Source of the DNA: a virus
Taxonomy: Duplodnaviria; Heunggongvirae; Uroviricota; Caudoviricetes
DNA length: 64,000 bases
Strand: one strand, 5' to 3'
IMG/VR virus record: IMGVR_UViG_3300014720_000027
Span: 16,466 to 80,465 of that record
The notes under the pieces were generated by a model, which was not told where the DNA came from, ran no database searches, and saw only the letters and a program-made list of their open reading frames with translations. Below are positions 49,669 through 58,872 of this stretch, piece by piece. Position 1 is the first letter of the stretch. Every line of letters begins with the position of its first letter. Position numbers and translations under genes: made by a program.

Positions 49669-50133
49669 TTAGATCGAAACTTTATATTGTTCTGCTAATT
49701 TATTTTTAATTTTGTCTAATCTGTTTTTTATAGACTGTCTAGACACACCCTGTTTATCGGCCAACTCTTGTGTTGAATAATTTTCTATGTATTTTAAAAT
49801 AAATATATTTTTTTCTTCTGCGTCTAAGCAGTCAATCATGTCAGTAAAAAACGTGTAATCTTTAGAATCTTCTTTATCTTGCATTGGCCAATTTTTTTTA
49901 ATTTTTTTACCTCTTAAATATAACAGAATTTTAAACTTTAAACAATTAGCTAGATAGGTTGTAAATTTCATCTGGCCGGGGTGATTTGGATCATATTTTT
50001 CAGAAGCTTCCCAAGCCGATTCTAATTTAAATGATTTAATTTCATCTCTGGAAACAAGCCCCTTGTATCGTTTTGCTATAGAATTCATAATACTAATACA
50101 ATCTTCGTTGTTTAACACTTCTTCAAAAGTCAT
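49669..50133 (-). CDS. Sigma-70-family RNA polymerase sigma factor (region 2 + region 4, ECF/late-sigma-like)
   Basis: Region 2-like (DEIKSFKLESAWEASEKYDP...FTTYLANCLKF) and region 4 HTH (YSTQELADKQGVSRQSIKNRLDKIKNKL). Confidence 0.6.
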   Translation of the reverse strand: MTFEEVLNNEDCISIMNSIAKRYKGLVSRDEIKSFKLESAWEASEKYDPNHPGQMKFTTYLANCLKFKILLYLRGKKIKKNWPMQDKEDSKDYTFFTDMIDCLDAEEKNIFILKYIENYSTQELADKQGVSRQSIKNRLDKIKNKLAEQYKVSI

Positions 50134-50134
50134 A

Positions 50135-50749
50135 TCAATCCTCGTTTTTTAATAAGTATCCGCCAAAATTCTTTTTAATTCCCTCTAAAGAATATACAAT
50201 AGATTTAAAATCTTCAATAGAGTCTGTGCTGTGATGATGTATATTATTGTCTAAGTCAACAAAAATACACCAATATTTATTAGAGCTTATTTCCCTTTTT
50301 AATTGTTCTATTTCTTTTTTAATCCCGGTCGGAAAATCTTCCATACTGTCTTTTTCTTGTGTAAAGCATAGAATTCTGTTAATTTCCGCTGCAACATTTT
50401 TAAATTTGAACATTTTGCCTACACCAATACAAAAAGAATATCGGTCTAGTATTTTTAAAGCGGCTATCCCATCTATGTTTGTTAATATAGAAACTATACC
50501 TTTTGTTATTCTAAAATTAGTATGGCCGATCCAGCATTCCCACCTTTGGGCTGGTCTAAACGGAGATTCAGGATCATATGTTCCAAAAGGCGTAATAATA
50601 TATGGCTGATTAATAGGAGGAAATGTTATAATATCCTTTTTATCCAAAATATCGTCTTCTTCACTATCTATAATAGTTGTATTATTTTTTTGTTTATGAC
50701 ATAGTTCTTCTTCTACAATATTCCAGTTTTGCCATTCAATTTTATTCAC
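50135..50749 (-). CDS. Hypothetical protein (204 aa)
   Basis: ORF translationally coupled to the sigma factor gene. Confidence 0.4.
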   Translation of the reverse strand: MNKIEWQNWNIVEEELCHKQKNNTTIIDSEEDDILDKKDIITFPPINQPYIITPFGTYDPESPFRPAQRWECWIGHTNFRITKGIVSILTNIDGIAALKILDRYSFCIGVGKMFKFKNVAAEINRILCFTQEKDSMEDFPTGIKKEIEQLKREISSNKYWCIFVDLDNNIHHHSTDSIEDFKSIVYSLEGIKKNFGGYLLKNED

Positions 50750-51086
50750 CTGAACCCTCCTTGCTGTCTATAAAGAGGGGAGAAACGTAATCAGCGTTTT
50801 CCGAGTTGATTTCCGTGTTGGATTCAATGAATTCAATCATCTCTGCTATTTTTACCGCTTCTTCTGGATTATTGTCAATATAATCTAAATATGCAATTTG
50901 TAGACTTTGCATTATTATTTGAGTATGCTTAATTCCTACTAGTAATTGAGCTAGCGTAATAGAGTCGCTGTCTTCTTTCCACGCAAAATCGTGCATGATA
51001 TTGTCATTTTCATCAATGTAAAACAAAGACCAGCACCGGGCTTTATCTAATTGAGGGTTGTCCGAATCTGAAAAAGAGTTCTCCAT
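50742..51086 (-). CDS. Acidic hypothetical protein (114 aa)
   Basis: ORF. Asp/Glu-rich. Confidence 0.35.
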   Translation of the reverse strand: MENSFSDSDNPQLDKARCWSLFYIDENDNIMHDFAWKEDSDSITLAQLLVGIKHTQIIMQSLQIAYLDYIDNNPEEAVKIAEMIEFIESNTEINSENADYVSPLFIDSKEGSGE

Positions 51087-51435
51087 AATATTCCTCCAAT
51101 AGAATGTTTTTTTCTTGAATTTGCTCTAAGGTGTATAAATATCCATTTTGCACAGCGTCAGACATATACTTTATTGTAGTAAGATAGCATATCTCGCAGA
51201 TATCCTCATTTAATATTCTGAATCCGCATAGCATAGCTGGATAAAAATCAAAACTGTATTTGATATATTCGCAATGAATATCTCTTAATACATCGTATTC
51301 TTCTTTTTGGAATTTGTCAAGAATTATATTTGGAATTTCATGATTTTTTGTAAAAAATATTCTTAAATAATCATGATCTATTGCTTTTTTATTCTTGTCT
51401 ACTGCGGCAACAAGATACGAAATTTTTATTTGCAT
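51043..51435 (-). CDS. Hypothetical protein (130 aa)
   Basis: ORF only. Confidence 0.35.
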   Translation of the reverse strand: MQIKISYLVAAVDKNKKAIDHDYLRIFFTKNHEIPNIILDKFQKEEYDVLRDIHCEYIKYSFDFYPAMLCGFRILNEDICEICYLTTIKYMSDAVQNGYLYTLEQIQEKNILLEEYYGELFFRFGQPSIR

Positions 51436-51464
51436 TATTTTCTCTATAATATGAAAAGCTAAAA

Positions 51465-51938
51465 TCAGCTATTCGATAAATTCCAAGCTAGCCCAACAAG
51501 ATCATTTTTCAGAGATTCTATTTCTGGTTTAGATAGAATGTGGTCTAGGGGGCCAATAGATGATTCAAACAGTTTTTGAATTTCCTCAGATAATCCTGTA
51601 TATTTGCCGCTTAAAGAATCTTTAAAATTGTTTTTAAGCGACTCTGTGTATAAATCTATTAACTGTTGACTTGTAATATTTTTTTCAAAATATGATTGTA
51701 GCCTTTTTGAAAACTCAAGATTAAACAGGGCTAAGTTTAACCGGTCTTCCTTGTCGGTAACTAATTCTGCTAATTTTTTACTTTTTTCTATTGTTGTATC
51801 TGCCGGTTTTTCATCTACCACCTGAATACTGTCTTTAAAAATAGCAGATTTAAACTTTTGTAGATATTCTGGAGCCCTATGTCCCAATAAGCCTATTAGT
51901 ATTAAAATCGCGCCTAAAATAAATCTATAGTCTTTCAT
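51465..51938 (-). CDS. Secreted or membrane-anchored hypothetical protein (157 aa)
   Basis: N-terminal signal/TM segment FILGAILILIGLLG. Confidence 0.4.
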   Translation of the reverse strand: MKDYRFILGAILILIGLLGHRAPEYLQKFKSAIFKDSIQVVDEKPADTTIEKSKKLAELVTDKEDRLNLALFNLEFSKRLQSYFEKNITSQQLIDLYTESLKNNFKDSLSGKYTGLSEEIQKLFESSIGPLDHILSKPEIESLKNDLVGLAWNLSNS

Positions 51939-51940
51939 TA

Positions 51941-52228
51941 TTATCCTTTTTTAACGAATAGAGGAAATACTTCTTCTAATTTTGCATTAGCCTCATTCAA
52001 ATTTAAAGACTGGCACATTGATTTAAGAACTTCCCATTGCTGTACAATGCTAGACAATGTAGGCTCTTTAGATAAATCTATTATGCCTGTCTCTCCTTTA
52101 ACACCTGTTTCTTGCTTTTTATTAGCATCCGAATTCGACATTTTACTAAAAACCTTTTTAAAATCGATGAAATAGCTTAAAATAATGAACCCGCCAACTA
52201 TCAATGATCCTATTTGAATAATATTCAT
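51941..52228 (-). CDS. Small membrane protein (about 95 aa; start probably the internal Met)
   Basis: TM segment IIQIGSLIVGGFIILSYFI. The start at 52228 (MNIIQ...) follows the stop of the newly noted small ORF. The ORF-track start at 52267 would overlap that ORF. Confidence 0.4.
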   Translation of the reverse strand: MNIIQIGSLIVGGFIILSYFIDFKKVFSKMSNSDANKKQETGVKGETGIIDLSKEPTLSSIVQQWEVLKSMCQSLNLNEANAKLEEVFPLFVKKG

Positions 52229-52232
52229 ATAT

Positions 52233-52412
52233 ATTTTACTCTGTTTTACGCAAAGAGTCGCCAACAATCCATGCTGACAAAACCGTGACAGCTAAATCTA
52301 CTTGGTCTTGTGATAGTTTAAATCCTAATCCATCGTTTCCAACGGCTACAACAAGAGCAGCAAGAGCGGCCCAAAATCTACGAGACTGTAACAAGTTTTG
52401 TGTTTTAATCAT
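52233..52412 (-). CDS. Unannotated small membrane protein (59 aa, below the ORF-track cutoff)
   Basis: ATG at 52412 overlapping the upstream stop (ATGATTAA). Translates MIKTQNLLQSRRFWAALAALVVAVGNDGLGFKLSQDQVDLAVTVLSAWIVGDSLRKTE with one hydrophobic helix. It fills an otherwise empty 137-nt gap. Confidence 0.4.
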
Positions 52413-52740
52413 TTTTTTCTACCTCTTTAAAAAGACGCTCTATTTCTGTTGAAGACAAATTCCAACTAATTAATTCTCGATATAAATCTGATGGCTTAAT
52501 ATCCGTGCCAAAACACTCCTTTGATATATGCCTACGCAATATAATTTTTTGTATTAAATTTGGCTTACGAAGCATATTTGCTCTTTCTTCTTTAGAGTTT
52601 CTGCACTCATATACCATTCTTATTATATTAATAATCAATCCGGCTATCATTATAACTGTTAATGGATCAAAAGCGTATCCATAATTTCTTGTTAATTTTT
52701 GAGTTATTTTATTTGCTATTGACTCGCTTTTATTTAGCAT
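52405..52740 (-). CDS. Small membrane-associated hypothetical protein (111 aa)
   Basis: Hydrophobic segment LTVIMIAGLIINIIRMV. Confidence 0.35.
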   Translation of the reverse strand: MLNKSESIANKITQKLTRNYGYAFDPLTVIMIAGLIINIIRMVYECRNSKEERANMLRKPNLIQKIILRRHISKECFGTDIKPSDLYRELISWNLSSTEIERLFKEVEKND

Positions 52741-53266
52741 TTTTTACAATCTCTTTGAATGACTCTTTTGACATAAATCCATCGAATTTATATAATTTGT
52801 TTTTAATCCAAATTTCGAATCTAGGAGCAAAAGTGTTGGATTCTAATTCTACCACTTTCCACCCAGAAGCTTCAACCCACGGCTTTATTTCTTTCTTCCA
52901 TTTAGCACATGGACCACATCCGGGTAAAGTGTAAAAATCAATCGTTCCATTTTTTATTTCTTCTATGGCTTGTAAATTTGATGTGGTTTTTTTTCTAGCT
53001 TTGCAATCTTCTCCTGCTGGGCATGGTGTTTTATGGCCATCTCCATGTATAATATAACCTGTGCCACCGCATTCGCAGGTAATTTTCTCATCTTCGTCTA
53101 GTTTTTCATCTAAAATTTTTTTCTCAGCTTCGGAAATAGAGGAATTAATGGTTGTTTTTGTTTTTTCAATAGTTTCTAATGTTGGCCCACTATTTACTTT
53201 TTTGAATAAACCAATTGCTACAGATATTGCAATAATAATAAAAATAATTTTATCTTCGTTTTTCAT
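52730..53266 (-). CDS. Membrane-anchored thioredoxin-like thiol-disulfide oxidoreductase with Cys-rich linker
   Basis: N-terminal TM (IIFIIIAISVAIGLF). Zn-ribbon-like CECGGTGY...CPAGEDC. Thioredoxin active site LPGCGPCAKW (CGPC). Confidence 0.55.
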   Translation of the reverse strand: MKNEDKIIFIIIAISVAIGLFKKVNSGPTLETIEKTKTTINSSISEAEKKILDEKLDEDEKITCECGGTGYIIHGDGHKTPCPAGEDCKARKKTTSNLQAIEEIKNGTIDFYTLPGCGPCAKWKKEIKPWVEASGWKVVELESNTFAPRFEIWIKNKLYKFDGFMSKESFKEIVKNAK

Positions 53267-55282
53267 TTAAAGCACCTCGTTTAAAGCCCATTTAATTTTT
53301 TGCGCGGGAAAACCATCTACATTGCTTAAAGCCCAAGTGTTACCCTGAGAGATTATAGTTTGTGCTACAGATTCACGAACCCAAAATGACCCATCTGGCT
53401 GGCCTAATCTTTTAGGGCCATTGTTCCAAACGCCCCAACTATTTTGTATTAAAAATAAGGTCTCGTTAAACAACTGTCTTGTGTCATCCATTGCTACCCA
53501 AGCCATTGCATGAGCCCATGAGCCTGATCTAGCGGCTATTCCATTTTTATCTCTTGTAGAAGAAAAACCTAAATTACTACAGGCAAAAATACCATATCCA
53601 TTAAACAAAGCATCTCTAGCTTCATCTATAGATCTAATATTAGACGCTGTTTTTACCTGATTATTTTTAGCTTCGATAGTTATTTCAGAAGGAGTTCCTG
53701 ATCTACCCCAAGAAGCAGCCATCCTTCCATTGTATACGCTAAGGTCGTGCCTTCCGTACTTTTTGCGAAGAACTATGCCGCCTTGCTTTGTTAAATATCT
53801 TACAGCGTTTTCGCAGGTCATACCTTGTCCAGAATGACCCCTGTTTCCATAAATGCCCTCCGTGGCTGATCTTACAATAAATGATTCAGAGTCGCCATTG
53901 ATAATCTCGGTTGATCTGGTGATATCTACGGCATTTCTGGCGGCATGAGAAACACAATTTTTTAAAACCATTCCACAGCCGTCTATAAATGTATGGTTGT
54001 GGTTTTCTACACCTATATCAAAAACTTCTTCATGTGGTCCTTCTTGAAATTCTATTTTTGTTATAGGCATTGCTAAATACTTATCATCTCTCCAGAGATT
54101 TCTAGAGGTTCTGTCCTTTTCCCAAGAAATTGAATAAATAATTTTATTAGTTTTATTAGTTCTTTTATCTGTTCTTTGTCTTTGGTTTAAGCTTGGAGTA
54201 TAACCATTATTTAAAGCCCATATTCTAACGCCAAATACTAAAGATGGGCTAGTATTTTCCAAACATTGTCGAGATCCTTTTGTATAACCATCAGAATCTA
54301 AAATTCCTTGAATAACATCTTCGTTTATAGCCCAGCTTGGAAGAACTTTATAACCAGAGCTATCGTAAAAATAATGTCTAAATAGATTAAACAATTTTTC
54401 TTGCTTATGAGTATAAACCTTTCTAGCTTTTCTGCTTATTTTTGGGCAATGGAAATAAGAATTCCAAGTAATATTTAATAGGTTTAACGCATTACAAAGC
54501 CTTTTTTCTATTTCTGGTTCGTCGGTAGTACACCCCCATTCGAGCGTTTTAGATGATACTTTTGCATGACCATCGCCTAAAAATAAACCTATCAACCATC
54601 TAGTTTCTTTATCCCCCATACACATTAGCATATCTTCTGGTATTTTAGAATCTATTTTAAAATTAATTGGACAAAGCAAATAGTCTGCTTCTGTTAATTC
54701 TTTAGCCGAAATTAGCTCAGCTTTTCTAGAAGCGAAAACTGCGTGTCTTTTATTATTTTCACTTTCTAAAACAGATCGTGAAGAGCCCGGACTATATCTT
54801 CTACGACATTTTGTATTATTATCAACAAACTCTCCAAAACGATAAGCTAATAATTTATGATCAGAAGTAACTTCTAATGGCAACCCCCCTTTTGTGTAAA
54901 TCTTTAGAATTGGATTATTAGATTTTTTTACCATTGTAGATATAACTGTAGTTATACTACCATCACCAGCATAAACTCTGTCTCCAATTTTAATATCCTG
55001 AATCTTTTTTACAAAATCTGGCCCAAGGATAAGACCATCTTTTTTCCGACAATCCCCGGTGACTTGCCTCTCGTTAAAAGCTTTTGGATCAAATCTTAAA
55101 AGATTTTTAAAAAGAAGGGCCATTTGGCCTTTTCCAGAACCAGCGATTGGTCCTGCCGCTGCCCCAAAAAAAGGATGCTTTGATTCAGATAAAAGTTTTT
55201 CGCGCCCCTTTTCGTCACAAACAGAACCAATAAAACCATTTTTATAGGCGTTTAACAGTTGTAAAGGGGTGTTGAAAATCAT
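53267..55282 (-). CDS. Papain-like (C1-type) cysteine peptidase precursor interrupted by an intein
   Basis: Exteins: oxyanion Gln and catalytic Cys (ERQVTGD|C...|CVSHAARNAV), His (SWAHAMAWV) and the papain-family Asn/Trp motif FLIQNSWGVWNNG...GSFWV. An ~365-aa intein lies between N-extein residue 77 and the catalytic Cys. Confidence 0.7.
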   Translation of the reverse strand: MIFNTPLQLLNAYKNGFIGSVCDEKGREKLLSESKHPFFGAAAGPIAGSGKGQMALLFKNLLRFDPKAFNERQVTGDCRKKDGLILGPDFVKKIQDIKIGDRVYAGDGSITTVISTMVKKSNNPILKIYTKGGLPLEVTSDHKLLAYRFGEFVDNNTKCRRRYSPGSSRSVLESENNKRHAVFASRKAELISAKELTEADYLLCPINFKIDSKIPEDMLMCMGDKETRWLIGLFLGDGHAKVSSKTLEWGCTTDEPEIEKRLCNALNLLNITWNSYFHCPKISRKARKVYTHKQEKLFNLFRHYFYDSSGYKVLPSWAINEDVIQGILDSDGYTKGSRQCLENTSPSLVFGVRIWALNNGYTPSLNQRQRTDKRTNKTNKIIYSISWEKDRTSRNLWRDDKYLAMPITKIEFQEGPHEEVFDIGVENHNHTFIDGCGMVLKNCVSHAARNAVDITRSTEIINGDSESFIVRSATEGIYGNRGHSGQGMTCENAVRYLTKQGGIVLRKKYGRHDLSVYNGRMAASWGRSGTPSEITIEAKNNQVKTASNIRSIDEARDALFNGYGIFACSNLGFSSTRDKNGIAARSGSWAHAMAWVAMDDTRQLFNETLFLIQNSWGVWNNGPKRLGQPDGSFWVRESVAQTIISQGNTWALSNVDGFPAQKIKWALNEVL
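53957..55051 (-). mobile_element. Intein with LAGLIDADG-type homing endonuclease block, inserted at the peptidase catalytic Cys
   Basis: Begins with Cys (CRKKDGLILGPD...; block B TSDHKLL). LAGLIDADG-like block WLIGLFLGDGHAKV. C-terminal HNHTFIDGCGMVLKN followed by +1 Cys. Boundaries inferred from motifs, roughly +/-10 aa. Confidence 0.65.
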
Positions 55283-55283
55283 T

Positions 55284-56321
55284 TTAGTCTCCTGTAATTT
55301 TTATAATTTCTTTAGCAGAATTTTCCCATGTAAAACGTCTTGCTGTTTCTACACCTGCGTCATTCTTTGAAAATCCTGCTGACTGTTTTAATTTATGAAC
55401 ATCTTTCATGTATTCAATAAGCTGTTCTTTTTGGGTTTCTTTGATTTGAGCCCATAACCCTTGTCCGCGAAACCAGATACCATCTTGTGCAAGCTCTAAG
55501 GAGTCTATATTTATTAATTTGGCATTTTTTTGATTGCAAAATTCGGTATGAGCAGAATAATTAGTGGCAATTACTTGTTTTCCACAGGCCATCAGTTCTA
55601 ATAATTCCAAATTCCACCCTTCTGCTCTAGCTGGAAATACGCCGCAATCAACTTGTCTCATTATATTATACACATTTTTTTGAGTGGGTTGTCTGGGTAT
55701 TAGTTTTATTTTATGGGCAAGTTTACTATTTTTTACCAAATTATCCCAATAAGAATTATCAATAAATGGATTGTGACACATTAGCCAAAGCTCTACGTCA
55801 TCCTGCGGAGAAAACGCTCTGTTAAAACATTCGATTAAAACATCATGACCTTTTCTAATTTCCCACTTTCCACAATTAAAAAAAATAGTTTCTTTTCTTG
55901 TTGAGTTATTTAAATCATTAAATATAAGGTTGTCTACGCCCAAAGGAACGACAGAGTTAGGAGTTTCAATATGGTCTCTTATCACGCGCTGCGCCCATTT
56001 GCTTGGGACAAACAGGTGGTCGCAATGCTTTAAACTTTCTACTTCCTGTTTAGTGAAATGAGTTAATTCGAAAATAGGAAAACCTATTCGTCTTCCCTTA
56101 GTTATCCAAGTGGTTAATTCATGCTGGTGCCAAATTTTTATTTCTACATCGTCTGACTTATATTTTTTATTAAGCCAAAGATTACTTTCTATGTCGGATA
56201 AAGAAGGGTCTATTTGTCCGATTGGATATAGAGAGACATTAGTTAATTTAGCTAACTGTTTAGTAATATGATATCCGGTGTATCCGTAACCAAGTGTATT
56301 AATTGGAGATTGTACGATCAT
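55284..56321 (-). CDS. GT4-family (GT-B) glycosyltransferase
   Basis: LELMACGKQVIATNYSAHTEF donor-binding motif. Confidence 0.6.
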   Translation of the reverse strand: MIVQSPINTLGYGYTGYHITKQLAKLTNVSLYPIGQIDPSLSDIESNLWLNKKYKSDDVEIKIWHQHELTTWITKGRRIGFPIFELTHFTKQEVESLKHCDHLFVPSKWAQRVIRDHIETPNSVVPLGVDNLIFNDLNNSTRKETIFFNCGKWEIRKGHDVLIECFNRAFSPQDDVELWLMCHNPFIDNSYWDNLVKNSKLAHKIKLIPRQPTQKNVYNIMRQVDCGVFPARAEGWNLELLELMACGKQVIATNYSAHTEFCNQKNAKLINIDSLELAQDGIWFRGQGLWAQIKETQKEQLIEYMKDVHKLKQSAGFSKNDAGVETARRFTWENSAKEIIKITGD

Positions 56322-57134
56322 TTATATTTCCTCTTGCGCGTTTAAAAATACCGGAATATATTTTTTATCTTCGCCAGCAAAATGTATAAATCTATTTGTT
56401 TTTTGCTGCAATATTTTTTCATCAGACTGTTGAACTAAATGGTGGCTTAAATCAACTTCCATAGGATGAAATATTTCTATTTTGGTTATATTGCAAAATG
56501 CGTCATATATACATTCATCGCATATAAATTCGTATTTTTTTTTACCATGCATGTCTTCATATTTAGCTAATAAATTTTTTATATGCTGATCGTTTCTTAT
56601 ATCTAAAAAATAATCCCTGCAAAAATTATCAAATTTGTCTACAGTTTCTAAGTTCATCTTTATTAGTCCGGCATTAGTATCATATAATGATGCATCGTTT
56701 AAATTCATAACCTGTTTTAAAAATTCTGTTTTTCTTTTTATGTGAAAAAACGATATCTCGTTTTCTCTAGAAAGCATGTTATGCATAAGATGAAAACTGC
56801 TTGGCATTTCTTCAAAAACATTTTTTGATTTATTTGGTATTAAATCTAAATCCATCCAAATTATTTCATCATAATTTTTTGTTGTTAAAAATCCATATAC
56901 ACTACATAGGGTTGCTGGAGCCCAAACACACGGATGATAGTTACCGTATCTTCTTATTTTATTATAAATATCATTGAACGGAGTTGAGTTATCGATAACC
57001 GAAAAGTCACAATTAATATACTCACAATATTTATCTAAATTGCACAGGGCTCTAATTTGCCAACGGCACAATCCCTTGTATAATAAAGAGTGCCCATTTG
57101 AAAAAGCTCCTGTAATTATAATTCTTTTTGTCAT
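56322..57134 (-). CDS. Putative nucleotide-diphospho-sugar transferase (GT-A-like)
   Basis: IIWMDLDLI DxD-like motif. Confidence 0.35.
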   Translation of the reverse strand: MTKRIIITGAFSNGHSLLYKGLCRWQIRALCNLDKYCEYINCDFSVIDNSTPFNDIYNKIRRYGNYHPCVWAPATLCSVYGFLTTKNYDEIIWMDLDLIPNKSKNVFEEMPSSFHLMHNMLSRENEISFFHIKRKTEFLKQVMNLNDASLYDTNAGLIKMNLETVDKFDNFCRDYFLDIRNDQHIKNLLAKYEDMHGKKKYEFICDECIYDAFCNITKIEIFHPMEVDLSHHLVQQSDEKILQQKTNRFIHFAGEDKKYIPVFLNAQEEI

Positions 57135-58063
57135 ATGCTTTTTTCTAGCTTGGTAATAAAGTCATTAGCAAAATAATCTCCGTGCAAAAAATCTTTATTC
57201 ATATTTTTTAGATATTCATGACACTGTAATATCTTTTCTATGTTAACTATATCTTCTGGACCTTCATAATATAAGGGATAGTCTTCTCCTAAATATTCTG
57301 TAGTTGCTGGTAATTTATTAGTTATGATGGGGGTGTTTCTTATCATAGGTTCGATAATTCCATTATTAGCAGAGGTAGCCCACATGCACACATATACTAA
57401 TGTTTTACTTAAATGTTCGTCATATTCTAAATTATCTAATCTTGTTGGTTCATGAATCATATAATCTTTACCCGCAAAGCAGCTAATTCTTTGCCATATT
57501 TTTAAATACTCTTCGACAAATCCCGGCATACAATATGTTTTATATTTTATATGGTTTATTTTTAAAAAATTACATATATTAGAAAATTCTTCAAGGTTTC
57601 TTAGCCAATACCCAAGTTGAGTTATTGATTTATTTTTTAAAAATTCATCAGGACTCCAGCATATTTGAGTTTTTTCCGTGGGGTGTTTTACTGAAAATGT
57701 CGGTATATTTACTTTCAATTTATTTAAAAGTTCTTTAATATCTAATAATAAACTTTCTGATAAAGCGATCAAACACATGCATTTTTTTAAAGATTTTTGA
57801 AAATTTGATTGTTCGAATAAAAAATCTAATGAGTTTTTTTTATCAAATTCTGGCTTATTGTGTCTTGGTATATGCAAAATTCCTATCCAAGGAAAATCAT
57901 AGTACGAGCTGTCTTTATTTCTATTCCATATAAATTTTCTTTCTACAAAATCGTCCAAAAAAATTCCATTATTCGAATGAAATGGTTTTAAACACCTAAT
58001 TGCATAAGACCATCCAGACCTATGCATTGAAAATCCTTCGCATTTTGATAAATTTAATTTCAT
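57131..58063 (-). CDS. Hypothetical protein (310 aa), glycan-cluster member
   Basis: ORF overlap-coupled to its neighbours. No motif recognised. Confidence 0.35.
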   Translation of the reverse strand: MKLNLSKCEGFSMHRSGWSYAIRCLKPFHSNNGIFLDDFVERKFIWNRNKDSSYYDFPWIGILHIPRHNKPEFDKKNSLDFLFEQSNFQKSLKKCMCLIALSESLLLDIKELLNKLKVNIPTFSVKHPTEKTQICWSPDEFLKNKSITQLGYWLRNLEEFSNICNFLKINHIKYKTYCMPGFVEEYLKIWQRISCFAGKDYMIHEPTRLDNLEYDEHLSKTLVYVCMWATSANNGIIEPMIRNTPIITNKLPATTEYLGEDYPLYYEGPEDIVNIEKILQCHEYLKNMNKDFLHGDYFANDFITKLEKSI

Positions 58064-58872
58064 CCAAGCTTATATCCCAAAAAGGATTCATAGCAACCTG
58101 TGTCACACATCCAGCAAAGAAAATCTACTCTTTTTCTTTCTTTTGTTTCTCTAAGAAACTTCGATTTTAGTAAAAGTAAATCAGCGTTGTTGTCATGCTT
58201 TTCCTTAGAAAAGAAGCCCATTTCATAAAACCAGTTGCCAAATGTCGTATCATTAATTTCTGGAATTGGAATAAATTCAAAAACATTTAGCCTCTTTGCC
58301 CATACTAATTGATTTTCTTTATTAATTAGACCCGGGCATATTGGTGATAGTGTTCTAGGCGTTAATGTTGCTGTGAAGCCCCCATTAGAATTATAGTAAT
58401 ATCCATTAAAAATGGACCCGTATATCAGTGGCACTGTGACTTCATCTGTATACTCCATCAAACTATTTTTATTCCAATCAGAACCTATCAATCTCCTATG
58501 GTATGTTTGTATTAGCTCTGCATCAATTTGATTATCATGATTACAGTTATAGATCGCGGTATGATCTCCTATGAAACCATTGGCCGATCTATATAGGTTA
58601 TTTAAAGACAATACCCGGGCCAAATAATCGTCTGGTATTAAATTGTTCTCACATAAAAACCCAACCAGCAGCGACTTAGTAGATGTTGGCACTTCGTTAA
58701 GCTCTACGGGTTTAATATTTACTACAACTCCGAGTTCTTTAGCCTGTTTTTCCAAGGATTCTAAGCATGGCCTGTAGCCTATTCCCCTGTCATCTTTGTT
58801 TGATGTTGAATAAATCGGCGGAACTTTTGTTTTATTTTGAATAATAAAAAAATCTATCATATTAATTTCCAA
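58060..58872 (-). CDS. Hypothetical protein (270 aa), glycan-cluster member
   Basis: ORF only. Confidence 0.35.
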   Translation of the reverse strand: MEINMIDFFIIQNKTKVPPIYSTSNKDDRGIGYRPCLESLEKQAKELGVVVNIKPVELNEVPTSTKSLLVGFLCENNLIPDDYLARVLSLNNLYRSANGFIGDHTAIYNCNHDNQIDAELIQTYHRRLIGSDWNKNSLMEYTDEVTVPLIYGSIFNGYYYNSNGGFTATLTPRTLSPICPGLINKENQLVWAKRLNVFEFIPIPEINDTTFGNWFYEMGFFSKEKHDNNADLLLLKSKFLRETKERKRVDFLCWMCDTGCYESFLGYKLG

